This document shows, piece by piece, positions 36,057-46,473 of a stretch of 64,000 nt of DNA. The translations under genes were made by a program, and so were the position numbers. The notes beneath the pieces are model-generated. The model did not search any database, was not told the DNA's origin, and saw only the letters and a program-made list of their open reading frames with translations. Positions within the stretch are counted from its first letter, which is position 1. Each line of letters opens with the position of its first letter. The stretch is from a virus, in IMG/VR virus record IMGVR_UViG_3300037468_000493, positions 1 through 64,000 of that record, one strand, 5' to 3'.

Positions 36057-39000
36057 CTTAGGAGAATTAGTCCTCAGGCTTAGGGTTGATGACAGTCAGT
36101 ACGCCCGAGACCTACTCAGGGCCAAGGCCCAGGCTGCTGCGCTCAAAGATATCCGGGTTGGCCTCCGGGTTGACAATAGCCAGTACACCCGAGACCTACT
36201 CAAAGCCAGGGCAGAAGCTCAGTCGCTCAAAGATATCCGGGTTGGTCTACAGCTTGACAGCAGCCAATACACCCGCGACTTACTCAGCGCCAGGGCACAG
36301 GCTGAAGCGCTCAAAGATATCCGGGTTAATCTCCGGGCTGATGGACTGGGGGGCGTTGATGCTGGCCTACAGAGAGTCGGAACCAGTACCCGTGATGTGA
36401 GGACATCGTTCTCTGTCTTGCAGGGGGCGATCCAGGGCGCAGCCCAGGCCATCACCCAAAGCCTGATTCAGATCGGCGGGTCATTGCTAAAGCTCCCTCT
36501 CAACATTGTGGGTGGGTCGCTTAACAGCTTTGCAGAATTAGAGACAGAGTTGGTAAACTTAGGCGCAAAGACTACCCTGGGCAGAGAGGGCATACAACCC
36601 ATCGCTGATGAAATCCAGAGGCTTGGCCAAGAATCAACAAAAACATCAGTAGAAGTCGCCCAGGCCGCAAATACTTTATCTCAGCTAGGCGTAGCGCCTG
36701 ATGAGATTCAAAAGCAACTTGCAGGGGTGGTGAAACTATCTGAAGCTACAGGGGCAGGCTTGGTGGAGGCCGCTAAGCTTAGTACAGGTGCCGCTAAGAC
36801 TTTTGGATTTTCAGCTGACGAAATCGCCGATCGATTGGCATCTTTAGCTATTGACACCGCTGCGGATGTTGGAGACGTTCAACAGCTTTTACAACAAACT
36901 AGCGGTATTTTTAATCAGTTAGGAGATTCAGCAGATCCCGACGAACTATTAGCTTTTTTTGCTACACTCATCGATGCAAACATAAACCCAGAAGTGGCGG
37001 CTACAGGTTTAAGGTCAGTAATTGAAACATTAGTAGACCCCAAAAAAGCTGACGAATTAAAAGAGCTAGGAGTTGACGCATTCGACGCAACAGGAAATTT
37101 CCTAGGGTTTGACACTGTACTCAGGCAATTGGCAGCAACGCAAAAAACCTTGAACCCTCAAGATTTCACAGGTAAACTTCTTAGCGCTTTTGGGGCTGGA
37201 GGTATTTCAGCAATTACAGGAGGACTAGGCGGTTTAGATAAAAACTTTAATAAAACACTTGATGGACTAGAAAACTCTACTGGCAAAACTGATGTAATTA
37301 AAGAAGAGCTACAAAAAGGACTTCCAGCCGCTATAGAACAATTTGGCGGATCCCTGAACACGCTTGATGTTGCATTTGGCGCATCAATCGCCCCCATTCA
37401 AGAAGGGATATTACGACTAGGGACAACGTTGCTTAATACCTTAAGCAAGTCCGACATTTTTGATCAGCTTACTACCGCGTCAAATGGTTTCTTTAAGGCA
37501 CTGCAAAGCAATGAAGGGTTTGTTGCAGAGCTAGGCAAAACCCTCGTTTCCACATTTGGATCAGTCCTTAACGCCATTGCATCCGTCGTCACTCGAATCA
37601 CAAACGAATTTATAGCTAACCCTGAAGAGATCCTGGCCCGTGTTCAAGGTTTTGTGACTCAAGCTGGAGTCGTGATCACCAACGCCATTCTTGGGGCCGG
37701 TGCTGCCTTTCAGTTTATCGTCCAAAACTTTGATGAAATCGTCGCCGGGGTGCAGGCCCTGGGGGTTGTCATTGCCGCCGCGCTGGCAGGCAATGTCATT
37801 GCCGGGGTAGTCTCGTTTGGGGCGACCCTAGTCAGCATTGCCTCCACCGTCCTCCCGGTTGTCATCGGCGCATTTACCGCGCTATCAGGCACCGTCTCCG
37901 GGCTACTGCTGGCATTCCAGGCGGGGGGCATCGCCGGGGTAGTGTCTAGCCTTGGCGCTACCTTCTCCCTGTTCGCGGCATCGTTGGCCCCGCTACTGCC
38001 CATCATTGCCGCCGTGGCTGGGGCGATCGCATTAATCGTCGTCGCGTTCAAGGCATTGCGGTCGGAGCGGGGCCAGGAAGTTCTAAGTGCGATCGGGGCC
38101 ACGGCCAAAGAATTGTTTGACTCATTCCGCAATAGTGAACCCGTGAAGGCGTTCTTAAATCTGCTGGATTCAATCAGGGATCTGGGAGTTGCGCTCATCC
38201 CAGTTATCCAAAATGTAGTCGGGGAAATGATTCGATTTGGCGGCGTTGGGATTGAAAATATAAAGTCAGCTTTTGCCTCAACGGGAATTAGCGTCAATGA
38301 TATTTATAAAACATTTTTACTCTTAAATCCTGTTTTTGCCGGTGCAATTGCCCTTTCCAAAACATTGCTTTCAATCGTTACTGACATTCTCAATCAGACC
38401 GCCACTGTCATTGACAACCTCACCGCTGCTATCAGTGGGCCGAAGACACTTGAAGTATCAGGAGTCGATGGGCTAGGCGACTCGCTGAGGGAGGGGGCCA
38501 ATGCTCTAGGGACAGCAGGGAAAAACATAGCGGATGTCGCCAAGCCCCCCGCAGCAACCCCCGCAGCAACCCCCGCAGAACCTCCCGCTGGCCCCACCCG
38601 TGACCTTGCTGCTGAGCAAAAAGCTGCCGCCGATGCCCTTGCCGCTGCTGAGCAAAAAGCTGCCGCCGATGCCCTTGCCGCTGCTGAGAAAAAGGCCGAG
38701 GACGACAAGAACGCCCGACAGACCGCCTTTGACAATGCCCGCATTGCCCGTGACATCGCCGCCGAAGATGCCAAACTAGCCCGTCAACAAGCCTTCGAGG
38801 ATACCAAACGCGCCAATGCCCTTGCCTTAGAATCTGAGATTGAAAGCCGCAAGATAGCGACCGAGCAGGCGATCGAGGCCATCAAAGAAGAGGGCCGCCG
38901 CCGGGAGGAAGAATTTAACGCCCGCCAAAATGCTGACAAGCTAGCCTTCGAGGATGACCTGGCTAAGCGTAAAAACGCCGCTGAGCGCCAGTTTGCCCTA

Positions 39001-39777
39001 GACGAAGCTGAAACACTGGACGAGCGGAACAAGCTGGTTGAGGGCTTCGCCGCCGAAGATCGCAAGGCCGCTGTTCTGGCCCCCTTCGAGCAAGAACAGC
39101 GAGACTTTGAGGCACAGCAGTTAGAAGATAAGCGCATCTTTGAAGAACAGCAACGCGCCCTTGATGCCGAAGCTGAAGAACTTAAGCGCCAGTCTGAGCT
39201 AGAAATCAACGCCCTCAACCTTGAAGCCAAAAATCAAGAGATTGCCCTAGAGCGTGACTTCCAAAACAATGAACGCACCCTTGATCGCCAAGCCAAAGAA
39301 CAGGAGCGGGCTAGGGAGGCATCTTTTAACGCCACCGAGCGCAGGCTAGATGAAGAATCTGCCCGAAGGATTGAGGCGCTCAAGTCCGGCAACGACGCCG
39401 CCGCCGTCACTGCCTTCCGTCGGGGTGGCACCTTCGCCGCTGGCCAAAACATTCTCGCTGGGGAGGCTGGCCCAGAACTGCTCAAAGTCGGCGGTAAGCA
39501 AGCCCTGGTCACCGAACCCAGCCTCATGCGCTTTGACTCCCCTGGCCGCGTCACTTCCGCACCCTCCACCCGGCGCAAGCTATCCCAGGGGCAACTAGCC
39601 AGGGCAGGGGCTGGGGGTGAGCTCAAGGCCATGCGCAAGGCTCTGGAGCGATCGCTAGCTAGGCCCCCCGCCGACATCAACACCACAGTCCAGGTGCAAG
39701 GGCTCAGTGCCGATCAGGTACGGCGACAATTGGCTATGCACCAGTCCGACTTATACCGCAGCCTAGGGGGCCTCTGA
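36049..39777 (+). CDS. Tape measure protein
   Basis: 1242 aa; MADLGELVLRL; TP901-like core (IQRLGQESTKTSVEVAQA, AATGLRSV..L..P); coiled coil; AGEAGPEL. Confidence 0.92.
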   Translation: MADLGELVLRLRVDDSQYARDLLRAKAQAAALKDIRVGLRVDNSQYTRDLLKARAEAQSLKDIRVGLQLDSSQYTRDLLSARAQAEALKDIRVNLRADGLGGVDAGLQRVGTSTRDVRTSFSVLQGAIQGAAQAITQSLIQIGGSLLKLPLNIVGGSLNSFAELETELVNLGAKTTLGREGIQPIADEIQRLGQESTKTSVEVAQAANTLSQLGVAPDEIQKQLAGVVKLSEATGAGLVEAAKLSTGAAKTFGFSADEIADRLASLAIDTAADVGDVQQLLQQTSGIFNQLGDSADPDELLAFFATLIDANINPEVAATGLRSVIETLVDPKKADELKELGVDAFDATGNFLGFDTVLRQLAATQKTLNPQDFTGKLLSAFGAGGISAITGGLGGLDKNFNKTLDGLENSTGKTDVIKEELQKGLPAAIEQFGGSLNTLDVAFGASIAPIQEGILRLGTTLLNTLSKSDIFDQLTTASNGFFKALQSNEGFVAELGKTLVSTFGSVLNAIASVVTRITNEFIANPEEILARVQGFVTQAGVVITNAILGAGAAFQFIVQNFDEIVAGVQALGVVIAAALAGNVIAGVVSFGATLVSIASTVLPVVIGAFTALSGTVSGLLLAFQAGGIAGVVSSLGATFSLFAASLAPLLPIIAAVAGAIALIVVAFKALRSERGQEVLSAIGATAKELFDSFRNSEPVKAFLNLLDSIRDLGVALIPVIQNVVGEMIRFGGVGIENIKSAFASTGISVNDIYKTFLLLNPVFAGAIALSKTLLSIVTDILNQTATVIDNLTAAISGPKTLEVSGVDGLGDSLREGANALGTAGKNIADVAKPPAATPAATPAEPPAGPTRDLAAEQKAAADALAAAEQKAAADALAAAEKKAEDDKNARQTAFDNARIARDIAAEDAKLARQQAFEDTKRANALALESEIESRKIATEQAIEAIKEEGRRREEEFNARQNADKLAFEDDLAKRKNAAERQFALDEAETLDERNKLVEGFAAEDRKAAVLAPFEQEQRDFEAQQLEDKRIFEEQQRALDAEAEELKRQSELEINALNLEAKNQEIALERDFQNNERTLDRQAKEQERAREASFNATERRLDEESARRIEALKSGNDAAAVTAFRRGGTFAAGQNILAGEAGPELLKVGGKQALVTEPSLMRFDSPGRVTSAPSTRRKLSQGQLARAGAGGELKAMRKALERSLARPPADINTTVQVQGLSADQVRRQLAMHQSDLYRSLGGL

Positions 39778-40253
39778 TGTCCAATAAATTTACGCTGATT
39801 CTTGCAGGGCAGACCAGCATCGTCCTTACCCATTCCGCCGGTCAGTTATTTGCCCCCGCGCAGCTAGGATTCACCAGCGTAGGCGACACCAATCTTCGAG
39901 GCATCTCCCTAGTCGGCGCTACCCCGGTGCAACCGCTCGACCTGGTCTTCGACGCGGCTTTGACCAATGCACAATTCTGTACCTTCCAGCAGTTTGCCTA
40001 CCAGCAAGAGGTGGGGGGCCAGAAGGGCGATATCGTGCTTAGGAATGAATGGTACAGAATCAACGCTAACTGGGCTGCCGTCAATAATCGATCAACCGTG
40101 GGCAGCGCTGTCACTACCGCAGGCATCTCCCAGAGCTACGTTCAGTATCCTGTGCTTCTACTGTTGCCAGAGGATTGGTTTGAGCCCCTGGGCCAGAACA
40201 GCGGGGGGCAGTGGTGGTCGGTGAAGTTTACGGCGAAAGAGTTGACGGCTTAG
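39777..40253 (+). CDS. Putative distal tail protein
   Basis: Directly follows the tape measure gene (TGATG). Confidence 0.55.
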   Translation: MSNKFTLILAGQTSIVLTHSAGQLFAPAQLGFTSVGDTNLRGISLVGATPVQPLDLVFDAALTNAQFCTFQQFAYQQEVGGQKGDIVLRNEWYRINANWAAVNNRSTVGSAVTTAGISQSYVQYPVLLLLPEDWFEPLGQNSGGQWWSVKFTAKELTA

Positions 40254-40547
40254 CGCCGCGACACCAATAGCCGCGCTCTCATATCCACGTCAACCCACCA
40301 GGTTCTACACTGTCGGCAGAAGTCAGCGTCTAGGCCTGGGATCTGCATTGGGTGGTTGCATCGGCCTGTATTGGGGCGTTCAACAGATGGCGTCAGTTCA
40401 AACATAGCCGGGACGCATAAATGTAGGCGTTGACCAAGGTGCCAACGTGTTGCTTTTGATCCGGGGTAAGCCCGGAGTCAACCAGGGCGGCAAGGGCTTC
40501 ACTGGCTAGGGCGGTGCAGTCTGCGATCGTGGCCGGGGGTTGGGTGG

Positions 40548-42626
40548 TCATGGGGCATCTAGAACACGGTTCAATAGCGGAAAGTCATATTCTTCTAAAC
40601 TTTGCTGATATGCAGTAAAGTACGTTTGAACCTTAATCCTTTCTTTCTCATCATGATTAAGCTTTTGGTTAAGGTTTGATTCAATTAGCCATGTACTTAA
40701 TTTTCCAGCCCGGTTGACCTGGAAATTATGATCAACTTGCCCTAACGGCTTGCCATCTTTGCCATCTAATAAAGCTGGATCGCCTGTCCTCGGGTCTTCC
40801 CCTACTATCTTTGCGTTTGTTACAGGACAGTGACCGTGGTAGCGAAAATGAACAAAGCGAACATGAAGATCTCTGACCTTTTCACTCACCCTGTCACGTT
40901 TGTTCCGAAGTTCTTCTCCTAGCTGTTGACGGATCTCCTCAACAGAGCCGCCAATGCTAGCCATCCCATTTTCTAGATTGTTTATCTTTGCCAGCCATTC
41001 AACAGATTCTTGATATCCTGTAGGCTCCCAATGCTCTAGATTATTGATTGTTGACTGAAGTTTGAGTATGGTAGCTTCAATGCGATCGAATCCCTTTTTA
41101 TTCTCATCCTGGCCTCGAACAATCAGGGCTGTAACCTTCTCAAACTCTGCCTTTAACTCTGGAATGAATTGAGATGGCAGCGCTGCATTTATCCCGTTGT
41201 TACCAACAGCAGGATCTTCTAGGCGAGATGCTTCCGAGTTTAGCTGCCGTTCTAGCCCCCGGTCTTTGATGCCCTTGACTTGCGAAGCCAGCTTATTATT
41301 GTATCGAGCATCGCCCAGGTAATCCAAAGCCAGCCAAGCTGGAACCAGGTGCTTCTCTGATGGTTTCAGGATAAACCCATGATTGGCCAAGGCGTGGCGC
41401 AGTGTGCCTTCGTCTCGGTTTCGCCCACCTGCTTTGATCCCGATCGCAAGCCGGTGATCGGTAGCACCTTCTACCCGGTAAAACTCCACGCCGCTGTACT
41501 CAGCCAATGCCGATAGCTCCAGGGGAAGTCCGGTAGTCGATTTCAAATCGACTACCGGAATCAAAATCTGCTTGTCGGCTAATGCAAAGCTATCCACAAA
41601 GTCTTTTGGCCTTGACTCGCCTGTCTTAAACAGGCTCAGCGTGGAAGCACGATAAAGCGGGATACCCATAAACTCTACATCGGGTGCTGGCAGCTTACCA
41701 TCAGCTACAGCCGCCGCAAACTCTGCAAGGGTAGGGGCGATGTTGGGGTCTATGCCGTGGCTCGCCTCTCTGTGCTCTGGCTGAAGTGCAGAGCGTGGCG
41801 TGTTGACGATAGCCCTGGAGTCTTGGTCTATGCCGTGGCTCGGTTCGCTGCTCGCTGGCTGAATAGCTTCGGTAACCTGGGCTTTGATTGGACTTGATCT
41901 ACGGGCTTTGGTCTGTGGAGGGGCATTGACAATAGGCGACACAGCGATCGCATCATCCCAATCAAAGACTCTGCCCCTGTATTTTGAAAACGCCTCAATC
42001 AACTGGCGGCTGTAGTAGGTGTTGGCTCCGCAACGCTTGTACCACTTGCCACCCCCAGAGGGATCTAAGTATTTTATGCGAAATTCTCTTTTACAAGCCA
42101 GGATTGAGGCGTTACAAGAGTCGCAGGGATCTTCCCCGCCATATCCGAACCCAGCCGCAACCGCGTCAACCCGCAACCACTCCGTCGGCTCAACATTAGC
42201 AGGGAAAAACGCTGATATATCATCTTGAGCCTGAGCACTGGTGAGAGGCTTCTGCTCAACTGGGGATGGGGTGCTCACCCGTGGCTCAGGCTCTATCCAT
42301 CCATCCCGTTCGGCCTGCCACCTGGTAACCTGATCAGCGTAATCCTTCTTCTCTTTTGGAATAAACGGCGTCAATTCTGGCAACGGCGTCAATTCTGGCT
42401 CGGCCATGAGCGCAAACAATGGCAACGGCTCAGCAGTGCTGCGGTTGTGGCCTGGCGGAAAGTCACGAGCAGCCCACTTGCAATTACTGCACTCATACCT
42501 AAACCCGTTCTTCTTTTTGTCACGTCGCGTCGTGTTGTGCCCGCAGTTTTCGCACCTTCTAACGTGCAGACCAGTAACCGACACTACCCATTTTTCAGTT
42601 AATCCGGACGCACTCAATCCACTCAT
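40548..42626 (-). CDS. Large multidomain protein: N-terminal zinc ribbon, coiled coil, C-terminal HNH-like motif
   Basis: CENCG...RYECSNC; CPVT...QVDHNFQVN...WLI. Confidence 0.5.
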   Translation of the reverse strand: MSGLSASGLTEKWVVSVTGLHVRRCENCGHNTTRRDKKKNGFRYECSNCKWAARDFPPGHNRSTAEPLPLFALMAEPELTPLPELTPFIPKEKKDYADQVTRWQAERDGWIEPEPRVSTPSPVEQKPLTSAQAQDDISAFFPANVEPTEWLRVDAVAAGFGYGGEDPCDSCNASILACKREFRIKYLDPSGGGKWYKRCGANTYYSRQLIEAFSKYRGRVFDWDDAIAVSPIVNAPPQTKARRSSPIKAQVTEAIQPASSEPSHGIDQDSRAIVNTPRSALQPEHREASHGIDPNIAPTLAEFAAAVADGKLPAPDVEFMGIPLYRASTLSLFKTGESRPKDFVDSFALADKQILIPVVDLKSTTGLPLELSALAEYSGVEFYRVEGATDHRLAIGIKAGGRNRDEGTLRHALANHGFILKPSEKHLVPAWLALDYLGDARYNNKLASQVKGIKDRGLERQLNSEASRLEDPAVGNNGINAALPSQFIPELKAEFEKVTALIVRGQDENKKGFDRIEATILKLQSTINNLEHWEPTGYQESVEWLAKINNLENGMASIGGSVEEIRQQLGEELRNKRDRVSEKVRDLHVRFVHFRYHGHCPVTNAKIVGEDPRTGDPALLDGKDGKPLGQVDHNFQVNRAGKLSTWLIESNLNQKLNHDEKERIKVQTYFTAYQQSLEEYDFPLLNRVLDAP

Positions 42627-42711
42627 GTCGCAACCGTGAGATTACCACGATTCTACCATAACGGCCACACGGCCCCCCCCACCCCCCCCGGCCTGCCACC
42701 ACTCGACGCAA

Positions 42712-42745
42712 CAAACCCCCGCCATTGCTGACGGGGGTTTTGTTT
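42712..42745. terminator. Intrinsic terminator
   Basis: CAAACCCCCGCC...GACGGGGGTTTTG. Confidence 0.6.
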
Positions 42746-43183
42746 GGGTGAGCCAACTTGCCAAACTCAACCCATGAGCTTCTCGAACTCTCTCCATAAT
42801 ACCAAAACAAAACCCCTTCGCTAGGCCAGGGGTTTCTCATCGGGGCAAGCATACCTCTCGAGGGTGAAACCCTTGATTTACTTGGGGCTGGGGGTAATCA
42901 GCAAGCATCACCCCTCGTCCATCCACAGCAGCCCTATCCACGGGGTATTCACCTCAGCCTCGCGCCGTACCCAGTCCAGGGCCACCCCAGGCCGCGCATC
43001 CTCGCTCCACCACTGACACACCGGGCGGAACGTGATCGACACCTCGCCCAACTGCCAGCAGTCTGCCACCTTCACCCCGCAAGTGTAGTAGCGGAGCCAG
43101 GGGTAAAAGGTTCGCAGTAGGGGCGGCATGGCGGGGGGACTTGTGGGGCTACCGTGATTCTACCGCAGGTCACCCTCACCCTA

Positions 43184-43481
43184 CCTGTACAGGGTGTGCA
43201 GGCCATGCAGGCTCTCGTTCAAATTATTTGGCTGTGTGTGCGGCGGAATTTTTTAGGAAACACACACAGCTTCTGCGCTAAGAAACGGGGGTGTTTGGGG
43301 TGCACGGCCTGCACAGCCCTAGCGCGATTGCTCAAAACCCTTCTGTACCCTGTACAGGGTGTGCAGGCCATGCAGGCTCTCGTTCAAATTATTTGGCTGT
43401 GTGTGCGGCGAAATTTTTTCGGAAACACACATCACTTTCACGCTAAGAAACGGGGGTGTTTGGGGTGCATGGCCTGTACAG
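43184..43481. repeat. 133-bp element, copies 2 and 3 (165-bp period)
   Basis: 43184-43316 and 43349-43481, same orientation as 29694-29826. Confidence 0.9.
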
Positions 43482-43731
43482 CCTTAGCGCGATCGCCTAA
43501 AACCCCTGTTCTCTCGTTGCGGCCATCATTGCCTGGCTCATTACTACAGGAGGCACAGGGCACTATTACCTAATCTTTTCTTATATACTTTTACTGTGTA
43601 TAGACAGCACAAAACAGACCACGTTGCCGGGGTCTTTTCAAAATTGTAGCACCTTGCACAGCCCTGAACGATGCCGCCAACCCCGACCCGGCGCGGCCTA
43701 GGGTGGTGCACTACACAGTAGAGAGAGCACC

Positions 43732-43917
43732 ATGACCCTAGACCCTGGCGATCGCTGCTACTACCGCACTGCCAATTCCCTGTACCCTGCCGTCGTCGTG
43801 GGGTGCCCCATGGACGTGCTGGTGCTCCGGGTAGACTGGGGCGATCGCTGCACTGACCTGGGCCTAGAGTGGGCACCGGGTAGCGAGGAGTGGGGCAGGA
43901 TTGCGCCACCGTTCTGA
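43732..43917 (+). CDS. Small SH3/Tudor-like hypothetical protein
   Basis: LDPGDRCYY...YPAVVV; followed by a terminator. Confidence 0.4.
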   Translation: MTLDPGDRCYYRTANSLYPAVVVGCPMDVLVLRVDWGDRCTDLGLEWAPGSEEWGRIAPPF

Positions 43918-43935
43918 GCCCTGGGGACAGGCACT

Positions 43936-43967
43936 AAAAAACCCCCCGGCGCTGGCCGGGGGGTTTG
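43936..43967. terminator. Bidirectional terminator
   Basis: AAAAACCCCCCGG...CCGGGGGGTTT. Confidence 0.7.
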
Positions 43968-43982
43968 CTTTGGCCTCGTGGC

Positions 43983-44183
43983 CTAGCGCTTGAGCGCTGT
44001 AGCTGCAATCTGTAGCGCGGCGGCTACGCTTGCGTCGAAGTCCATCTCGCGTAGCCTAGCCTCGTTGTGCCGTTCCTTGATGGCGGCCATCCGTGAGCGG
44101 TGGGCTCTCAGCGCCCCCTGTAGTTGCCCTTGGATGTATTGGGCGTCGGTGGCGATTGCGTCGATCATTGTTTGGTTTTCCAT
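43983..44183 (-). CDS. Small helical hypothetical protein
   Basis: Leader GCAAGGCACCACCATG resembles the cassette leaders. Confidence 0.55.
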   Translation of the reverse strand: MENQTMIDAIATDAQYIQGQLQGALRAHRSRMAAIKERHNEARLREMDFDASVAAALQIAATALKR

Positions 44184-44743
44184 GGTGGTGCCTTGCGTAC
44201 TACTCCTCAACTATAGCCGCGCAATAGCCCACAGCCAAAACCCTTGCACCTAGGGCGTTTCAGACCCCAGCACCGGCAAAACTCTCAGAAAATACCCCTA
44301 AATCTGGCCCTGGGATCGCTGTTTTTGAGGCTACCTAGTACAAACGGTCATAAAGGTTTTGCAAAGCAAATGGCGTATCTTTATAAAGCCAAGTTAAAGC
44401 ACCCTGACAAATGTACTACCCTTACCAGAACCCTTGCGGGGTGGGGCTTTGGGGCGTCAACAGGCTTTACGCAGTCTTTATATAAAGGTTGAGGATTGGG
44501 CTCAAACCCTTGCGGGGCGTGGCTTTGAAAACTTCACAGTAGGGCAGGCTTCACGGTGGGTTTGTGTGGCTGGGAGAAGGCGCGACCTGGGCCATAGCCA
44601 TTCGCCATAGGTCTTCCCGTCCACGCCAACTGTACCGGGGTTCTGATTGACAAGGCCATAGTTGGCAGCCCTACCCTGCGGTGTTGCAAAGGCTATGGCA
44701 CAGATCGCCCTACCATTCTACCAAGCGACCCCCAGCAGTTAGG

Positions 44744-45079
44744 CTAGAGAAGTGGGCCAGGCTGGAGCGCATAGCGGGGCAGGGAGGAGTATTGAACAAA
44801 AAAAGGCACCCCTGCCAATAGGTCTACGCCATCAAAAACATCAGAGGCTAGCCCCTCCGGCTTTACCAATGCCCATCCCTCGATACACTCAATTGGTTCG
44901 CACCAGGTAGTAGTACGAGGGGCGCTCGGATCTAGTTCACCTGTGGCGGCATTTCGCCCAATCAGCCCAGCCTCATCAATTGCTGCTGGATTGTAGTCCG
45001 TGATTGCAGCACGAATATTGCCATCAATGACGGATTGGGCGGATTGGGCGTCTTCAAGAGTTTGAAACAATAAGTACAT
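44744..45079 (-). CDS. Hypothetical virion-associated protein
   Basis: Follows the SGNH gene. Confidence 0.5.
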   Translation of the reverse strand: MYLLFQTLEDAQSAQSVIDGNIRAAITDYNPAAIDEAGLIGRNAATGELDPSAPRTTTWCEPIECIEGWALVKPEGLASDVFDGVDLLAGVPFFVQYSSLPRYALQPGPLL

Positions 45080-45096
45080 AATTCACCTAGCGTGAT

Positions 45097-46473
45097 CTAC
45101 GGCACATTAGGAGCGGTTAGCCCCCATTTAATAGCTAACTTTTTGGCGAGTAGCTGATTCCAGTAGGCGGTGACTTCGCCCTGGCAAAATCCGATCTCAC
45201 CAATTCTGCCACGCAAGCGCCAAGCATCTAGTACAGGGGCACCCACATAAAGCACCGTTGCGGCTACCTGTGTGGTTGAGTTTAAACTACCAGTAGACCC
45301 CCACACTCCATTCTTCAAAACAGATGTTCGAGGTAAAGCATTAGTTCTAATTCTGTAATTAGCTCCCAGGACATTAGGATTAAGATCCATTGCACTCGCA
45401 TTCAAAGCGCTACCCCCATTTATTGGGTCACTAAACCTTAATACCGCAGCGGGTTCGGATTTAAGATTAACATTGTTATCCCAGGAATCAGTGGGGTGCA
45501 TCCCCCAAATAAAGCCAGTAGTAGTGGTAAAGTCGTCTGACTGTAAAACCACCCAAGAGGCCATAGGTTTACAGTCGAATGTAAAGCCAGTTAGTTTCAG
45601 GAAATCGCGTCTATTGGCTCCATCGAAAAGAATTGCATTCTTGCTATTAATGCCTGTTGCCGTGAATAAAGGCTGACTAGCACCCGTCGCCTGCACTAAG
45701 TTACGACTACCCGCAGATGCCCATGATGAGACTCTGCTGCTTGCCAGAGTAATTGTGGCCGTTGCCTGGGCATCCCAATGATCCCAGTAGTTCGGTAGTT
45801 GTGAATACTGAAAATTGTTAAAGAAGTCTGCATAAAGCTGGTCGTAAACAATGCGGGCCATTTGGTCACAGGCATTGACCGTGGGGTGAATTTGGTCAGA
45901 GTACCAGTACGTTTCACCTGCTGCGCCGCTATACCCGATCTCGTAATTAAGATGGAACCCAGCTATTTTGTACCCATAGGTTGCTGAACCTGTAATCAAT
46001 AAACTGTTGTAACTTGATCGATTGACCTCTGAATAATTCTGTCGGGGCAACATAGTACAAACTATGATGTTTGCTGGTAAAACACCACGAGCCAAGATTA
46101 AATTCAGGCAAACTTCAAAATCTGCAAACTCTTGGGCTGGTGTTTTTGCCCCTAGAACTAAGCCATTAGTGCCAGCAAACATCACAACCTTAGAAACCGA
46201 ACTAAAGCTATTTATGCTTGCTGTCAGAAGAGCATTGATTGTTCCAGTACTGGAATGGTCGTAATTCCAAGATGCACCACCAGCACCGATTCTAGTCAGG
46301 TTTACTGCTGACGCTTGCCGGGTAGCAATTAGGTCTTTCAGGGCTAGGGAAAAGAACCCAGGATCAGGATAATTATTTATAATGCTGTCCCCGACCATTA
46401 AAAGGTCTATCGTGGCAGCCGCCCCCGCCCCCCCCGATCGCCCCAACCCCAACCCGAGTCCCATGCTTGGCAT
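45097..46473 (-). CDS. SGNH/GDSL hydrolase fused to a lectin/ConA-like domain
   Basis: GDSI, AGTNG, DQIHP; WDAQ...VSSW...GRIGEIG. Confidence 0.8.
   Translation of the reverse strand: MPSMGLGLGLGRSGGAGAAATIDLLMVGDSIINNYPDPGFFSLALKDLIATRQASAVNLTRIGAGGASWNYDHSSTGTINALLTASINSFSSVSKVVMFAGTNGLVLGAKTPAQEFADFEVCLNLILARGVLPANIIVCTMLPRQNYSEVNRSSYNSLLITGSATYGYKIAGFHLNYEIGYSGAAGETYWYSDQIHPTVNACDQMARIVYDQLYADFFNNFQYSQLPNYWDHWDAQATATITLASSRVSSWASAGSRNLVQATGASQPLFTATGINSKNAILFDGANRRDFLKLTGFTFDCKPMASWVVLQSDDFTTTTGFIWGMHPTDSWDNNVNLKSEPAAVLRFSDPINGGSALNASAMDLNPNVLGANYRIRTNALPRTSVLKNGVWGSTGSLNSTTQVAATVLYVGAPVLDAWRLRGRIGEIGFCQGEVTAYWNQLLAKKLAIKWGLTAPNVP

Noticed and set aside
36086-39686. Numerous antisense and alternate-frame ORFs within the tape measure gene (and similarly within fibre, portal, terminase and capsid genes)
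   Set aside because: Shadow ORFs expected in GC-rich coding DNA; no RBS or motifs
43154-43573. 139-aa ORF with a duplicated Cys-rich peptide
   Set aside because: It is the translation of the two tandem 133-bp elements. There is no clear RBS, and the copy at 29694 is not in a comparable ORF.
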